From: an uncultured Actinomycetes bacterium
Lineage (GTDB): Bacteria > Actinomycetota > Thermoleophilia > UBA2241
Length of the DNA stretch: 64,000 nucleotides
Direction of reading: 5' to 3'
Assembly (NCBI GenBank): GCA_963767005.1
Contig: CAVYCN010000004.1
Coordinates: 224,001 to 288,000 of the forward strand
The position numbers and the translations under genes were made by a program. The notes under the pieces were generated by a model. That model had not been told where the DNA came from and ran no database searches. It was given only the letters and a program-made list of their open reading frames with translations. Shown piece after piece: positions 9,604-19,703 of this stretch (the first letter of the stretch is position 1; every line of letters starts with the position of its first letter).

Positions 9604-10683
9604 TCAGCCGCGCCGGCGCCCGCCGGGGCCGCTGCCGATCTCGCGGCCGATCGCTTCGATGCGGCCCTGCAGGCAGCCGCGGCACATCTCGGCCGTCTCG
9701 CCGACGCAGGCCTTGTCGGGGTAGATCTCGTAGCGCACGCGGTACTCGGGCGGCGTCAGGTTGGGCATCACGATGTTGGCGCCGCGCTGCAGGCCGATCT
9801 CGCGGCCGTCGACCTGGTTGATCGTCGCGAGGGCCGTGGTGCTGGGCAGGTTGGCCTCGGGGCAGACGAGCCGCGTGAGGGCGACCACCTTGTACACGGT
9901 GAGCTCGTCGCTGGGGATCTGCTCGCCCGCGGGCAGCGGTCGCGCCCACGAGCGGTCGCCGAGCGGCGTCGCGGGGTGCGCGATGTAGGGCCCGATGCCG
10001 ATCATGTCGAGGTCCATGCCGCGAAACGCGGCGATGTCGTCGGCGACGCTCGCGTACGTCTGGCCGGGGATACCCACCATGATGCCGCTGCCGGCTTCGT
10101 AGCCGAGCTCCTGCAGGGTCCGCAGGATGGCGAAGCGGTCGGACAGGCGCCCGGGGAGAGCGGGGTGGATGAGATGGTAGAGCTCCTCATCCGAGGTTTC
10201 GAAGCGCAGCAGGTAGCGGTCGGCACCGGCCGCGCGCCACACCCGCAGGTCGGCGTCGGGTCGCTCGCCGAGGCTGAGCGTGACGGCCAGCGGCGTCTCG
10301 GCCTTGATGCGGCGCACGATCGCCGCCAGCCACTCCGTCTTCAAGCCGTAATCCTCGCCCGACTGCATGACCACTGTGCCGTAGCCGAAGTCGACGGCGA
10401 GATGGGCGCAGGCGACGATCTCGTCCTCGCTCATGCGGTAGCGCTCGATCGCGCGGTTGCCGGCCCGCAGGCCGCAGTAGCCGCAGGCGCGCACGCAGTG
10501 ATTGGAGATCTCGATGAGGCCGCGCAGGTGGACCTCGTCGCCGACGGTGCGCCGGCGCGCGTCGTCGGCCGCCCGCCACAGCTCTTCGAGGCGCGCGACG
10601 TCGGTCTCGCGCAGCCAGGCGAGGATGGCGTCGCGATCGAGGAAGGCCTCGGTGCCGGCCTCCGGCAGGGCGGGTGCTCTCAT
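9604..10683 (-). CDS. hydE: [FeFe]-hydrogenase radical SAM maturase HydE-like
   Basis: RGLIEISNHCVRACGYC, QSGED, GADRYLLRFET, GSGIMVGIPGQT, GANIVMPNLTP, YEIYPDK (YxxY); ATG 10683 with GGAG RBS. Confidence 0.88.
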   Translation of the reverse strand: MRAPALPEAGTEAFLDRDAILAWLRETDVARLEELWRAADDARRRTVGDEVHLRGLIEISNHCVRACGYCGLRAGNRAIERYRMSEDEIVACAHLAVDFGYGTVVMQSGEDYGLKTEWLAAIVRRIKAETPLAVTLSLGERPDADLRVWRAAGADRYLLRFETSDEELYHLIHPALPGRLSDRFAILRTLQELGYEAGSGIMVGIPGQTYASVADDIAAFRGMDLDMIGIGPYIAHPATPLGDRSWARPLPAGEQIPSDELTVYKVVALTRLVCPEANLPSTTALATINQVDGREIGLQRGANIVMPNLTPPEYRVRYEIYPDKACVGETAEMCRGCLQGRIEAIGREIGSGPGGRRRG

Positions 10684-10801
10684 GTCGGTCTCCACCGTCG
10701 GGTCGCGGGCGGGCACGCGGCCCTCGTCGTCGTAAGCGCAGAGCGGACCGCCGCGCCGCGCCCACGGGACGTCTGCCGCTACGGTCCCGTCGGGAGTGTA
10801 C

Positions 10802-10845
10802 CCGGCGGGCCGGCCGGTCGCATCCGCGACCGGCCGGCCCGCCGG
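10802..10845. terminator. Perfect 20-bp inverted repeat between cysK and hydE
   Basis: ccggcgggccggccggtcgc-atcc-gcgaccggccggcccgccgg; followed on the minus strand by TACACT (possible hydE -10). Confidence 0.55.
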
Positions 10846-10924
10846 TCGAGCTACCGCTTCGGAAAGGGCCCTCCGCCGCGGCCGCACCACCCTTGCGTGG
10901 CTGCTTGCCGGGGCCGCGACGGTC

Positions 10925-11884
10925 TCAGATCCGGGCCGCGTCGGCCGTCTGCACCTCGGGCTCGGCGAAGAGCACGCTCGACAGGTACCGCTCGCCCGTG
11001 TCGCAGAGCACGGTCACGATGAGCTTGCCGCGGTTCTCGGGCCGCCGTCCGACGTCCCACGCCGCCCAGGCGTTGGCGCCGGCGGAGATGCCCACGAGGA
11101 TGCCCTCATCGCGCGCGAGACGGCGCGCCGTCTCGACCGCGTCGTCGTTGGTGACTTTGATGACGTCGTCGTAGATCTTCGTGTTCAGGACCTCGGGCAC
11201 GAAGCCGGCGCCGGTGCCCTGGATCTTGTGGGGGCCCGGCTGGCCGCCCGACAGGACGGGCGAGTCGGCCGGCTCGGCCGCGTAGATCTTCACGTCGGGC
11301 TTGCGCTGCCGCAGGATCTCGCCCACGCCGGTGACCGTGCCGCCGGTTCCGACCGCGGCGAGGAAGATGTCGATCTTGCCATCGGTGTCGCGCCAGACCT
11401 CTTCGGCCGTGGTCTCACGGTGGATCCGCGGGTTCGCCGGGTTCTCGAACTGCTGCGGGATGAAGGCGCCCGGATGCTCGGCCAGGAGCTCCTTGGCCCG
11501 CGTGATCGCGCCGGTCATGCCCTTGGCCCCGGGCGTGAGCACGAGCTCGGCGCCGTAGGCCTTGAGCAGCGCGCGCCGCTCGAGCGTCATCGTGTCGGGC
11601 ATGGTGAGGATCAGGTGGTAGCCGCGCGCGGCGGCCACCATGGCGAGCGCGATGCCGGTGTTGCCGCTGGTCGGCTCGATCAGGGTCGACTGGCCGGGCG
11701 TGATCTGGCCGGCCGCCTCCGCCGCCGCGATCATGGACAGGCCGATCCTGTCTTTCACGCTGCCGCCCGGGTTGAACGATTCGAGCTTGCCGAGGATCGT
11801 CGCGCCGGAATCCTTCGAGAGCGCCTGCAGCTTGATGAGCGGTGTGCCCCCGATCAGGTCCGAGATGTTCTCAGCGTAGGCCAT
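10925..11884 (-). CDS. cysK: Cysteine synthase A
   Basis: [10 protein letters not shown] (PLP Lys), [26 protein letters not shown]. Confidence 0.97.
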   Translation of the reverse strand: MAYAENISDLIGGTPLIKLQALSKDSGATILGKLESFNPGGSVKDRIGLSMIAAAEAAGQITPGQSTLIEPTSGNTGIALAMVAAARGYHLILTMPDTMTLERRALLKAYGAELVLTPGAKGMTGAITRAKELLAEHPGAFIPQQFENPANPRIHRETTAEEVWRDTDGKIDIFLAAVGTGGTVTGVGEILRQRKPDVKIYAAEPADSPVLSGGQPGPHKIQGTGAGFVPEVLNTKIYDDVIKVTNDDAVETARRLARDEGILVGISAGANAWAAWDVGRRPENRGKLIVTVLCDTGERYLSSVLFAEPEVQTADAARI

Positions 11885-11934
11885 GTCAGCGTCTTCTCCT
11901 GTGAGTGGTGTGCCGTTTTCGTCTTGCCGCCGAC

Positions 11935-11965
11935 ATTATAACCAAGTAAACATATCAAAAAACAA
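11935..11965 (-). promoter_or_regulatory. cysK promoter (TATAAT) with overlapping Rrf2-like box
   Basis: AT-rich island ttttttgatatgtttacttggttataat; similar to the box at 16089-16113. Confidence 0.6.
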
Positions 11966-11990
11966 GAGTTTACGTCGAGAGCACGTGGAC

Positions 11991-12860
11991 CTAGCCGATC
12001 CAGAGCCCTTCGATGCGCACCTGCAGGCCGTCGTCGCCCCGGTTCAGAAAGTTCACGAGGCCGCTGTGGCGCCACTGCATCATGCACATGCGCGGCTGGA
12101 ACCAGTAGCGGCGTCCGATCTCGACCGGCGCGCGCGCCTTGTTGATGAGCCCCTCGTAGGCCTGTGCCGAGTAGTAGCCGATGTCCTTGAAGCCGTGCTG
12201 ACGCGGGTGCAGAGGGCCGGTCACGCACCACACCATGGCGCCGGTGAAACGGTCGACGGTCTGCACGATGCCGCAATGGGTGATGGGGCAGCCGCACGAG
12301 ATGCCCAGCGGGCGGCCGATCAGGATCTCGCCGGGCTCGATCTCGAGCTCGCGCGTGATCAGCGGGTTGTGCGGGACGATCTGCTCGCGCGGTCCGGGCT
12401 CCTCGGGGAAATGCTCGAGGACGAAGTCGAACTCGCGCCCGAGGTGGTCGCACCACTCGCGGTCGACGGCGGACGCCGCCACGGCGACCGGAGCGTCGGA
12501 CGGTCGCAGGCCGGCCGCCGCCGAGGTGGCGAACACCGCCGGTGCGGCCGCGGCGGGGGTCTCGAGGCCGGCCGCCGCGCAGCCGCCCGCCGGCGTACAC
12601 GAGGCGCACGAGGCCGCATTGGCCGCCTGCGCCGCGCCGGCGCCGCTCGTCGGGGCCGCCGTGCCGAAGACGGCGCCGGCGTCGGGCACGCCGGCCGGCG
12701 CCGCCTGGACGTTCACGAAATCGGCCGCCAGCGGGATACAGCGCTTGAGCAGCTCGGGCTTGTCGGTCAGACGGGCCGCCATGTCGGCACAGGTGCGAAA
12801 GCCGCACAGGCCACAGTCGAGGCCGGGCAGCTCGACCTCACTCAGGTTCACGTTCGTCAC
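11991..12860 (-). CDS. (Fe-S)-binding protein of unknown function
   Basis: N-terminal FeS domain LPGLDCGLCGFRTC...RC; C-terminal SCGCPITHCG and RMCMMQWRHSG; Ala-rich linker containing CASC...C. Confidence 0.8.
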   Translation of the reverse strand: MTNVNLSEVELPGLDCGLCGFRTCADMAARLTDKPELLKRCIPLAADFVNVQAAPAGVPDAGAVFGTAAPTSGAGAAQAANAASCASCTPAGGCAAAGLETPAAAAPAVFATSAAAGLRPSDAPVAVAASAVDREWCDHLGREFDFVLEHFPEEPGPREQIVPHNPLITRELEIEPGEILIGRPLGISCGCPITHCGIVQTVDRFTGAMVWCVTGPLHPRQHGFKDIGYYSAQAYEGLINKARAPVEIGRRYWFQPRMCMMQWRHSGLVNFLNRGDDGLQVRIEGLWIG

Positions 12861-12891
12861 GGGACGCTCCTTGGGGTCGTCGCTGTCACGG

Positions 12892-14082
12892 TCAAACGGT
12901 ACGGGCGCGCGCACCGAAGCAGGCGTGCGAGGCGATCGAGGTCAGGGATGCCGCTGCGCGCGGCAGGGTCGCGAGCAGACGATCGACGTCGTCGTCGCTC
13001 GTGAAGCGGCCCATGGTGAGGCGCAGCGAGCCGCGCGCGCGGATGGTGTCGAAGCCCATCGCCGTGAGCACGTACGAGGGCTCGCCGGCGTTGTGGGCGC
13101 TGCAGGCGCTGCCCGACGAGACCGCGATGCCGGCGTCGTCGAGCGCGAACAGCAGGCGGATGGCGTCGGCCTCCTGGCCCGAGAAGCCCAGGCAGAGGTG
13201 GCCGGGCAGCCGCAGGTACGGGTGGCCGATGAGGTAGACGTTGCCGATCTCCTCGCTCAGCGCGTCGAGCACACGATCGCGGAGCCCCACGAGACGGGCC
13301 GACTCCTCGGCCATCTCGACCCGGGCGAGCAGAGCTGCCTGGCCGAAGCCGACGACGCCCGCCACGTTCTCGGTCGCCGAGCGCAGGCCGCGCTCCTGGC
13401 CGCCGCCCAGGATGAGCGGAGCCAGTTCGACGCCGTCGCGCACGTACAGTGCGCCCACACCCTTGGGCCCGTGGACCTTGTGGGCCGACAGCGACAGCAG
13501 GTCGACCGGCAAGCGGCCGACGTCGAGCGGCACCTTGCCGGCGCCCTGCACGGCGTCGGTGTGGAAGAGCGCGCCGGCGCCGCGGGCGAGCGCCGCAAGC
13601 TCGGCGATGGGCTGCACGGTGCCGACCACGTTGTTGGCGGCCATCACCGACACGAGGCGGGTGGTCGGTCGCAGCACGGCGGCGAGCGACTCGGGCTCGA
13701 CGAGGCCGTCGGCCGTGATCGGCAGATAGGTCACCTCGACGCCGCGGCGCTCGAGGGCCCGGCACGGCTCGAGGACGGCCGGGTGCTCGAAGGCGCTCAC
13801 CACGACGTGGACGGGCGTCGGCGCCTCGCCGACCGCGCCGAAGATCGCCAGGTTGTCGGCCTCGGTGCCGCTGCCCGTGAAGACGATCTCGGCCGGCCGG
13901 GCGCCGATCAGCGCGGCGACCTCGGCGCGCCCGGCCTCGAGCGCGTCGTGGGCGGCGCGGCCCGGACCGTGCAGGCTCGAGGGGTTGCCGAACGAAGCGG
14001 CTAGGAAGGGCTCCATGGCGTGGCGCACCCTCGGGTCGAGCGGGGTCGTGGCCGCGTGGTCGAAGTAGGCGCAGGCAGCCAC
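12892..14082 (-). CDS. Cysteine desulfurase (IscS/NifS group I)
   Basis: DHAATTP, GNPSS, HTDAVQ, SAHKVHGPKG, SSGSACSA. Confidence 0.95.
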   Translation of the reverse strand: MAACAYFDHAATTPLDPRVRHAMEPFLAASFGNPSSLHGPGRAAHDALEAGRAEVAALIGARPAEIVFTGSGTEADNLAIFGAVGEAPTPVHVVVSAFEHPAVLEPCRALERRGVEVTYLPITADGLVEPESLAAVLRPTTRLVSVMAANNVVGTVQPIAELAALARGAGALFHTDAVQGAGKVPLDVGRLPVDLLSLSAHKVHGPKGVGALYVRDGVELAPLILGGGQERGLRSATENVAGVVGFGQAALLARVEMAEESARLVGLRDRVLDALSEEIGNVYLIGHPYLRLPGHLCLGFSGQEADAIRLLFALDDAGIAVSSGSACSAHNAGEPSYVLTAMGFDTIRARGSLRLTMGRFTSDDDVDRLLATLPRAAASLTSIASHACFGARARTV

Positions 14083-14085
14083 GGT

Positions 14086-14787
14086 TCACTGCCCCCGGTA
14101 GAAGTTCAGGTTGTCGAGGGCGCGCACGACGCCGAAGTGGGACTGCCAGCCCACCTCGCGTTTGCCGACGCAGATCGTGCAGGTGCCGACGGGCGGGCTG
14201 CCCCGCAGCATGAGGTGGTCGCCCGCCTCGGGCGTCTCGAGGATGCTCGTCACGAGTGGGTCGACGCCGATGCCGTACAGGGCGTTGGCCTCGCGAATCT
14301 GCACCTCCGGCGCGACGTCCTGGATGCGCGCCCGGAACACCTCGCGCTCGGCCTGCGACACCAGGTCGCCCTTGGTCACGACGCAGACGTCGGAGAGCGA
14401 GAGGATGGGACCCACCTTGAGCGGCAGGTTCATGCCGCTCGTGGCCTCGAGCACGCACACGCCCAGGCCGCCGTCGACGTAGGGCGCGCAGCGCAGGCAG
14501 AGGCCCGCGGTCTCCACGAGCAGGATGTTGCAGTCCCGCTTGTCGGCCCACTCCATGGCGTCGCCCAGCACCATCACGCTGCAGTGGTCCGGACACAGCT
14601 CGCCCGAGTAGAGCTTGCGCGTGGGGATGCCGAACTCGGCGGCGAGCAGCTCGTCCTCCTCGGCGAACTGCACGTCGATCTTGAGGAACGCGACGCGTTC
14701 GCCGCGCTCGATCAGCTTGCGGATGGCGTGACGCAGGACGGAGGTCTTGCCGGTCGTAGCGGGGCCGGCCGCGATCGCGAGTCTCAT
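14086..14787 (-). CDS. G3E-like (UreG/HypB/CobW) GTP-binding protein
   Basis: GPATTGKT, LCPDH, ETAGLCLRC, TKGD, C-terminal CTIC. Confidence 0.85.
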   Translation of the reverse strand: MRLAIAAGPATTGKTSVLRHAIRKLIERGERVAFLKIDVQFAEEDELLAAEFGIPTRKLYSGELCPDHCSVMVLGDAMEWADKRDCNILLVETAGLCLRCAPYVDGGLGVCVLEATSGMNLPLKVGPILSLSDVCVVTKGDLVSQAEREVFRARIQDVAPEVQIREANALYGIGVDPLVTSILETPEAGDHLMLRGSPPVGTCTICVGKREVGWQSHFGVVRALDNLNFYRGQ

Positions 14788-15572
14788 GAGAACGCCCCCT
14801 GGAGCTCGTCGCCGGTGAGTGACGCGCCCAGGCGCAGCTTCTCGCGCAGGCTCGACAACACGTCGTCGAGGCGCGTGACCTTGGTCGCCAGGGCGCGCTC
14901 CTGCTCGCTCGTGCCGAGGACCTTCATCATGCGGCCCTCGCTGATCACGATGCGAAAGTCCGACAGCAGCGCGATGCGCGGGTCGTGCGTGACGAAGATG
15001 AAGATCTTGCGCTGCCGGCGCAGCAGCTCGAGACATCGGGACCGGTCTATGCCGGCGTTCTCGACCTCGTCGAGCAGCACGATCGGCGTGTCGCAGATGC
15101 TCGTGGCGTCGGCGATCAGCAACGCGCGCGTCTGACCGCCCGACAGCTCCGTCATGCGCACCGAGAGGCCGATCGCCTCGCCGGTGAGCTGGTTGGCGAA
15201 GTCGATCGTGTCGGCGATCATGCTCTCGGCGTGCTTGCCGCCCACCGATCGCACCCTGGCGTGGATTTCGAGAAACTCGCCGACCGGCAGGTCGGACAGG
15301 AACGTGGTGTGTTGCGTGATGAGGGCGATCGGGTTGCGCGACGGGTCGTCGCGATACTCCTGCGGCGCGGGCTCGCCGTTGATCAGGATGGTGCGTCCCG
15401 ACGGCGTGTCGCGCGCGGCGAACATCTCGATGTCGTTGATCAGGGTCGTCTTGCCGGAGCCGGTCGGTCCGACGATGCTCGCGACGTTGCCCATGCGCAG
15501 CTCGAGCCGCTCGACGGGCTCGGGCTCACCGCTCTTGCCGTGGCCCCCCAGGATCACGATGGTGTCGATCAC
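14784..15572 (-). CDS. Stand-alone ABC-family ATPase
   Basis: GPTGSGKT, LSGGQ, LLDEVE, VTHDP; no permease nearby; stop overlaps the GTPase ATG. Confidence 0.88.
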   Translation of the reverse strand: MIDTIVILGGHGKSGEPEPVERLELRMGNVASIVGPTGSGKTTLINDIEMFAARDTPSGRTILINGEPAPQEYRDDPSRNPIALITQHTTFLSDLPVGEFLEIHARVRSVGGKHAESMIADTIDFANQLTGEAIGLSVRMTELSGGQTRALLIADATSICDTPIVLLDEVENAGIDRSRCLELLRRQRKIFIFVTHDPRIALLSDFRIVISEGRMMKVLGTSEQERALATKVTRLDDVLSSLREKLRLGASLTGDELQGAFS

Positions 15573-15784
15573 TCGGCTCTCCTTCTCTCGCTCGATTGGA
15601 GGGACGAGCCCCGGGGTGAGTCGGCGTCCGCCTCGGACGACGATCGGCTCGCGCCTCGACGGGTGCGGAGCCGGGCGCGTCGTTCCTCGCGAGCCCCATG
15701 GGTCTCCCTCGCTTTGTCTGGAACGACCGCCGGTGGTCCGGTGGGTCGCGGTGGGGATGGCGCGCGGCGCGCGCCGGTCGATCG

Positions 15785-16084
15785 TTACGGGCGGTTCCCG
15801 CTCGACCGCGGCGCCGGAGGAGGCTCGCCGGGGCGCCCCGGCCGCCCGGCCGCCGCCGGTCTGTCGAACCGCAGCTTCTCGCGGCGCTCGATCTGCACCA
15901 CGCGTGCGTCGTGCACCGTGATCTCGACGGAGCCGTAGTCGAGGCTCCTCACGGCCTGCAGGATGCGACGCTCGACCTCGGGGTCGCCGCGCTCGGCGGG
16001 ACGAGCTGCGTCGTCTCGCCCGGCGCGAGCGGCTGGGTCGCCGGCGGTGTCGCGCTTCCCTCCGAGCACCTGCGCCTTCCTCAC
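15785..16084 (-). CDS. YezD/DUF2292 small protein
   Basis: ILQAVRSLDYGSVEITVHDARVVQIERREKLR. Confidence 0.85.
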   Translation of the reverse strand: MRKAQVLGGKRDTAGDPAARAGRDDAARPAERGDPEVERRILQAVRSLDYGSVEITVHDARVVQIERREKLRFDRPAAAGRPGRPGEPPPAPRSSGNRP

Positions 16085-16087
16085 GGC

Positions 16088-16113
16088 ATTATCTGACTGA
16101 ACAGGTCAACAAA
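16088..16113 (-). promoter_or_regulatory. Rrf2 (IscR type-1/CymR-like) operator and promoter of the sulfur cluster
   Basis: tttgttgacctgttcagtcagataa, imperfect GAC...GTC dyad, overlapping GATAAT. Confidence 0.55.
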
Positions 16114-16258
16114 TGGGATAAACGTGTCGCGCCATTATCGTCGGCGGCGTGCGCCGGCGCAACCCTCGGGCCCGTTCAGGCTGCGCCGGCGGTCGGACTC
16201 GCCCGACGGGGCGATCCGACCGCGCGCGGCAGACCGTCAGGGGGCCCGGCCGGCTGCC

Positions 16259-16738
16259 TCAGAAGACGAAGCGGGCGCGGCGGTTCTTCTCGTTGTAGCG
16301 CTGGTGGTACTCCTCGGCCCGGTAGAAGGGCGCGGCCGGCACGATCTCCGTGACGATCGCGGGGCGGCCGTCGCGCTCGCGCTCGGCCTGCAGGCTGTCG
16401 CGGACCGCGGTCGCGGCGCGCTCCTGCTTGGGCGTCTCGGCGAAGACCGCCGAACGATACTGCCGGCCGACGTCAGGGCCCTGGCGGTCGCGCGTCGTCG
16501 GGTCGTGCATCGCAAAGAAGGCCGCGACGAGCTGCTCGTATGAGATGACGGCGGGGTCAAACGTCACCCGCACGGCCTCGGCGTGCCCGGTCTTGTCGGT
16601 GCAGACGTCGTGGTACGTCGGATCGACCGTCCGGCCGCCGGTGTAGCCGACCTCGGCGTCGATGACGCCGGGCATCTTGCGGAAGCGCTCCTCGACTCCC
16701 CAGAAGCACCCTGCGGCGAAGGTGGCGGTCTCTGTCAT
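16259..16738 (-). CDS. msrA: Peptide-methionine (S)-S-oxide reductase
   Basis: [17 protein letters not shown]...[19 protein letters not shown]. Confidence 0.97.
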   Translation of the reverse strand: MTETATFAAGCFWGVEERFRKMPGVIDAEVGYTGGRTVDPTYHDVCTDKTGHAEAVRVTFDPAVISYEQLVAAFFAMHDPTTRDRQGPDVGRQYRSAVFAETPKQERAATAVRDSLQAERERDGRPAIVTEIVPAAPFYRAEEYHQRYNEKNRRARFVF

Positions 16739-16960
16739 GGCGTCGGGCCTCACTTGTCGTCGTCGACGGGCGCGGCGCGGCGGCGCCTGCCCGGTCGTTG
16801 TCGCTGTTCTGCCCCATGCTTCCCGCTCACCGGCCGCGCCACGCCCGCGGGACGGGCGCGGCCTGTCGCGCGGCCGCACCGGCGCTGCCGCCGCGGGTGA
16901 TGAGCGGCCCGCCGACGGGGTAGAACGCTCTGCGACCGGATCCGACACGGGAGGCACCCG

Positions 16961-18337
16961 ATGCCCGTCTTCGAGTGGCGCAGCACCGTCCCGTTCCCCG
17001 CCGCCGACGTCTACGCGTGGCACACGCGCCCGGGCGCCTTCGAGCGGCTCTCGCCGCCGTGGCAGGAAGCCCGTGTGGTGGAGCGGAGCGGCGGTGTCGA
17101 GGACCACGGCACGCTGGTCTTCGAGTTCGGCGCCGGCCCGCTCCGCGGCCGCTGGGTGGCCGCCCACGGCGACGCCGAGCCCGGCCGGCGGTTCAGCGAC
17201 CGGCAGCTTCACGGGCCGTTCCGCGCCTGGGAGCACACCCACACCTTCGTCCCCGACGGTCTCGACCGCACGGTGATAGAAGACCACGTCGAGTACGAGC
17301 TGCCGCTCGGCGCGGCCGGCGGCGTCGTCGCCGGCCTGCCGGCGCGGCGTTTTCTCGAGCGGGTGTTCCGGTTCCGCCACGAGCGCACGCTCGCCGACCT
17401 CACGCGCCACGCGGCCCACGCCGGCGAGCCCCGCCTGCGGGTGGGCGTGACCGGCGCGAGCGGCCTGATCGGCCGGCAGCTCGTCGCGTTCCTCGAGAGC
17501 GGCGGTCACACGGTGCGACGCATCGGTCGCGGCGCCCCGCGCCGGCCCGGCGACGTGGTCTGGGACCCCGGGGCGGGCCGTCTCGCCGCGGCCTCGCTCG
17601 ACGAGCTCGATGCGGTCGTCCATCTCGCCGGCGAGAACATCGGGCGCCGCTGGACGGCCGGTCGCAGAGAGCGCATCGTGACGAGTCGGCGGCAGGGCAC
17701 CGCTTTGCTCGCGCAGACGTTGGCCACCATGCAAGAGCCGCCCGCGACACTGCTGTCGGCCTCGGCCGTGGGCTACTACGGCGCCGACCGCGGCGATGCC
17801 GTGCTCACCGAGGCGAGCCCGGCCGGTCGCGACTTCCTCGCCGAGGTCTGTACGGCCTGGGAGGACGCGCTCGCGCCAGCGGCGCGAGCGGGCCTGCGCG
17901 TCGCGCCGCTGCGTTTCGGCGTCGTGCTGACCGCCGCCGGCGGCGTGCTCAGAAGCCTGTCGCCGGCCATCCGCGCCGGCGCCGGCGGACGCATCGGGGC
18001 CGGCACGCAATGGCTGAGCTGGGTCGCGCTCGACGACCTGATCGGCGTGATCGACGACCTGCTGTTCAGCCCCACGGTCGACGGTCCCGTCAACGTCACG
18101 AGCCCCCGGCCGGTCACGAACGCGCGGTTCGTTGACACCCTGGGTCGTGTGCTGCGCCGTCCCACGCTCGTGCCGCTGCCCGCGGCGGCGGTGCGGGCAG
18201 CCTTCGGCGAGATGGGCGACGTCATGCTGCTCGGCGGCCAGCGGGTCGTCCCCGAACGGCTCACCAAGGGCGGCTTCGGCTTTCGCTACCCGGCGCTCGA
18301 GGACGCGCTGCGGCTCGAGCTCGGACGCCTCGCCTGA
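16961..18337 (+). CDS. SRPBCC/START domain fused to TIGR01777 (YfcH-like) epimerase
   Basis: [11 protein letters not shown]-terminal domain; [32 protein letters not shown]. Confidence 0.9.
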   Translation: MPVFEWRSTVPFPAADVYAWHTRPGAFERLSPPWQEARVVERSGGVEDHGTLVFEFGAGPLRGRWVAAHGDAEPGRRFSDRQLHGPFRAWEHTHTFVPDGLDRTVIEDHVEYELPLGAAGGVVAGLPARRFLERVFRFRHERTLADLTRHAAHAGEPRLRVGVTGASGLIGRQLVAFLESGGHTVRRIGRGAPRRPGDVVWDPGAGRLAAASLDELDAVVHLAGENIGRRWTAGRRERIVTSRRQGTALLAQTLATMQEPPATLLSASAVGYYGADRGDAVLTEASPAGRDFLAEVCTAWEDALAPAARAGLRVAPLRFGVVLTAAGGVLRSLSPAIRAGAGGRIGAGTQWLSWVALDDLIGVIDDLLFSPTVDGPVNVTSPRPVTNARFVDTLGRVLRRPTLVPLPAAAVRAAFGEMGDVMLLGGQRVVPERLTKGGFGFRYPALEDALRLELGRLA

Positions 18338-18341
18338 TCGA

Positions 18342-19703
18342 TCAGCTCTGCCCCGCCGCCGGGTCGTCGGCGGGCGACGGCTGCTCCGGACCGGCGCCGC
18401 CGGCCACGTCCCGCGGCGGCGCGGCTGCGGGCGCGGCCCCAGCGAACGGCTGAGGCTGCGGCGGCGCGCTTGCGGGCGCGCCTGCCTGAGGGCGTGCGGC
18501 CCACCAGGGGGGCGGGCCCGGCATCCATCCGCCGGGCGTGCCGTATGGCGGCGTCCAGGCCATGGGCCTTGGCTGCGGCGCGGTCCAGCTCGGCGGCGGC
18601 GATTGCGGCGCCCAGCCGGCCGGTGGCGTCGACGGCCAGCCCGGCCCGGGCATCGGGCCCGGCGCGGGCATCGGACCGTACGGCGGTCCGGCGTTCGGGT
18701 CGTACGGCGGCCCGGGCGTCGGGCCGTACGGTGGTGTGGGGCCGGGGCCCGGCGGTGGCGTCGCCGGGCTCGCCGGCCCGCCGACGGGAGCCGCGGCCAC
18801 GTGACGGGCGGCGCGCCACTCGTTCAGCAGGGTCAGCGCCGCGCCGAAGCCGGCGACGGTCGCTAGGAAGAGTACGGCGCCACCCAGGACCGGCACGAGC
18901 GACACGAGGCTCACCAGGAAGGCGCCCACGACGGCGGCCGCGATCACGTTGTCGCGGTAGCGCGCCGACGACGACAGCACGAGGCGGCCGAGCGCCGCGG
19001 CGACGCAGGCCACGCAGAACAGCAGACCGGCGACCAGCACGAAGAGGGCGGGCACGACCACGAGCAGCCCGACGATCGTGACGGCGAGCACGACGAGCAG
19101 GAGGATGGTCGCGAAGAGCCCGACGAAGCCCCAGCCCAGCGAGGGCCAGAAGCCGGCGCTGACGCGCCGGCCGACCCGCTGCGTCGTCTGGGGGAACAGG
19201 GCCACCACGACGAGAGCGACGATCGGCAGGAACAGGAGCTGCCACCAGCCGGCGACCACGCCGACGGGCCGCAGGACCATGCCGGCCGCGACCGTCCTGG
19301 CGAGGCCGCCGGCGTGCAGGCCGCCGACCTGGGTCGTCTTGCCGTAGACCGTGGCGCCCGGCTCGACCGTGAGGTGGCCGTCGACCACGACCACACTCGA
19401 CGACTGGCCGGGTTGTCCGGCGCCGACCACGGCGGTGGACTCGATCGTGGCGTCGCCGTCGAGCACCACGACGTCGCGCGTCACAGTGCCGCCGATCACG
19501 GCGTCGCCGTGGATCACGACGACGCTCTCGGCCGTGTGGCCCTGGGGCAGCGTGTAGTCCTGGAACCTGACGACCGAGCTCGACGCGGCCGCGGCCGGCG
19601 TGGCGGTCGCCGGTGCGGCGAGCGACAGGGCGAGCAGCAGGAGCGCACCCAGGGCGAGCAGCCCCGCGACGGCGGTGCGGTGCGCGTGGCGCGACGATCT
19701 CAT
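18342..19703 (-). CDS. Membrane protein: signal peptide, bactofilin-like beta repeats, ~5 TMs, Pro-rich tail
   Basis: [24 protein letters not shown] repeats followed by hydrophobic helices. Confidence 0.7.
   Translation of the reverse strand: MRSSRHAHRTAVAGLLALGALLLLALSLAAPATATPAAAASSSVVRFQDYTLPQGHTAESVVVIHGDAVIGGTVTRDVVVLDGDATIESTAVVGAGQPGQSSSVVVVDGHLTVEPGATVYGKTTQVGGLHAGGLARTVAAGMVLRPVGVVAGWWQLLFLPIVALVVVALFPQTTQRVGRRVSAGFWPSLGWGFVGLFATILLLVVLAVTIVGLLVVVPALFVLVAGLLFCVACVAAALGRLVLSSSARYRDNVIAAAVVGAFLVSLVSLVPVLGGAVLFLATVAGFGAALTLLNEWRAARHVAAAPVGGPASPATPPPGPGPTPPYGPTPGPPYDPNAGPPYGPMPAPGPMPGPGWPSTPPAGWAPQSPPPSWTAPQPRPMAWTPPYGTPGGWMPGPPPWWAARPQAGAPASAPPQPQPFAGAAPAAAPPRDVAGGAGPEQPSPADDPAAGQS

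Noticed and set aside
9604-10683. Radical SAM gene as pylB, given the nearby Pyl-MttB
   Set aside because: Motifs (RGLIE.SN, QSGED, RYLLRFET, MPNLTP, YxxY.K) are HydE-type rather than PylB-type, and no pylC, pylD or pylS is adjacent.
15573-15784. Structured RNA or leader ORF between yezD and the ABC ATPase
   Set aside because: Only a small ccgg-acca-ccgg hairpin and an out-of-frame short ORF; I could not match a riboswitch by eye, so it is unsupported without an Rfam scan.
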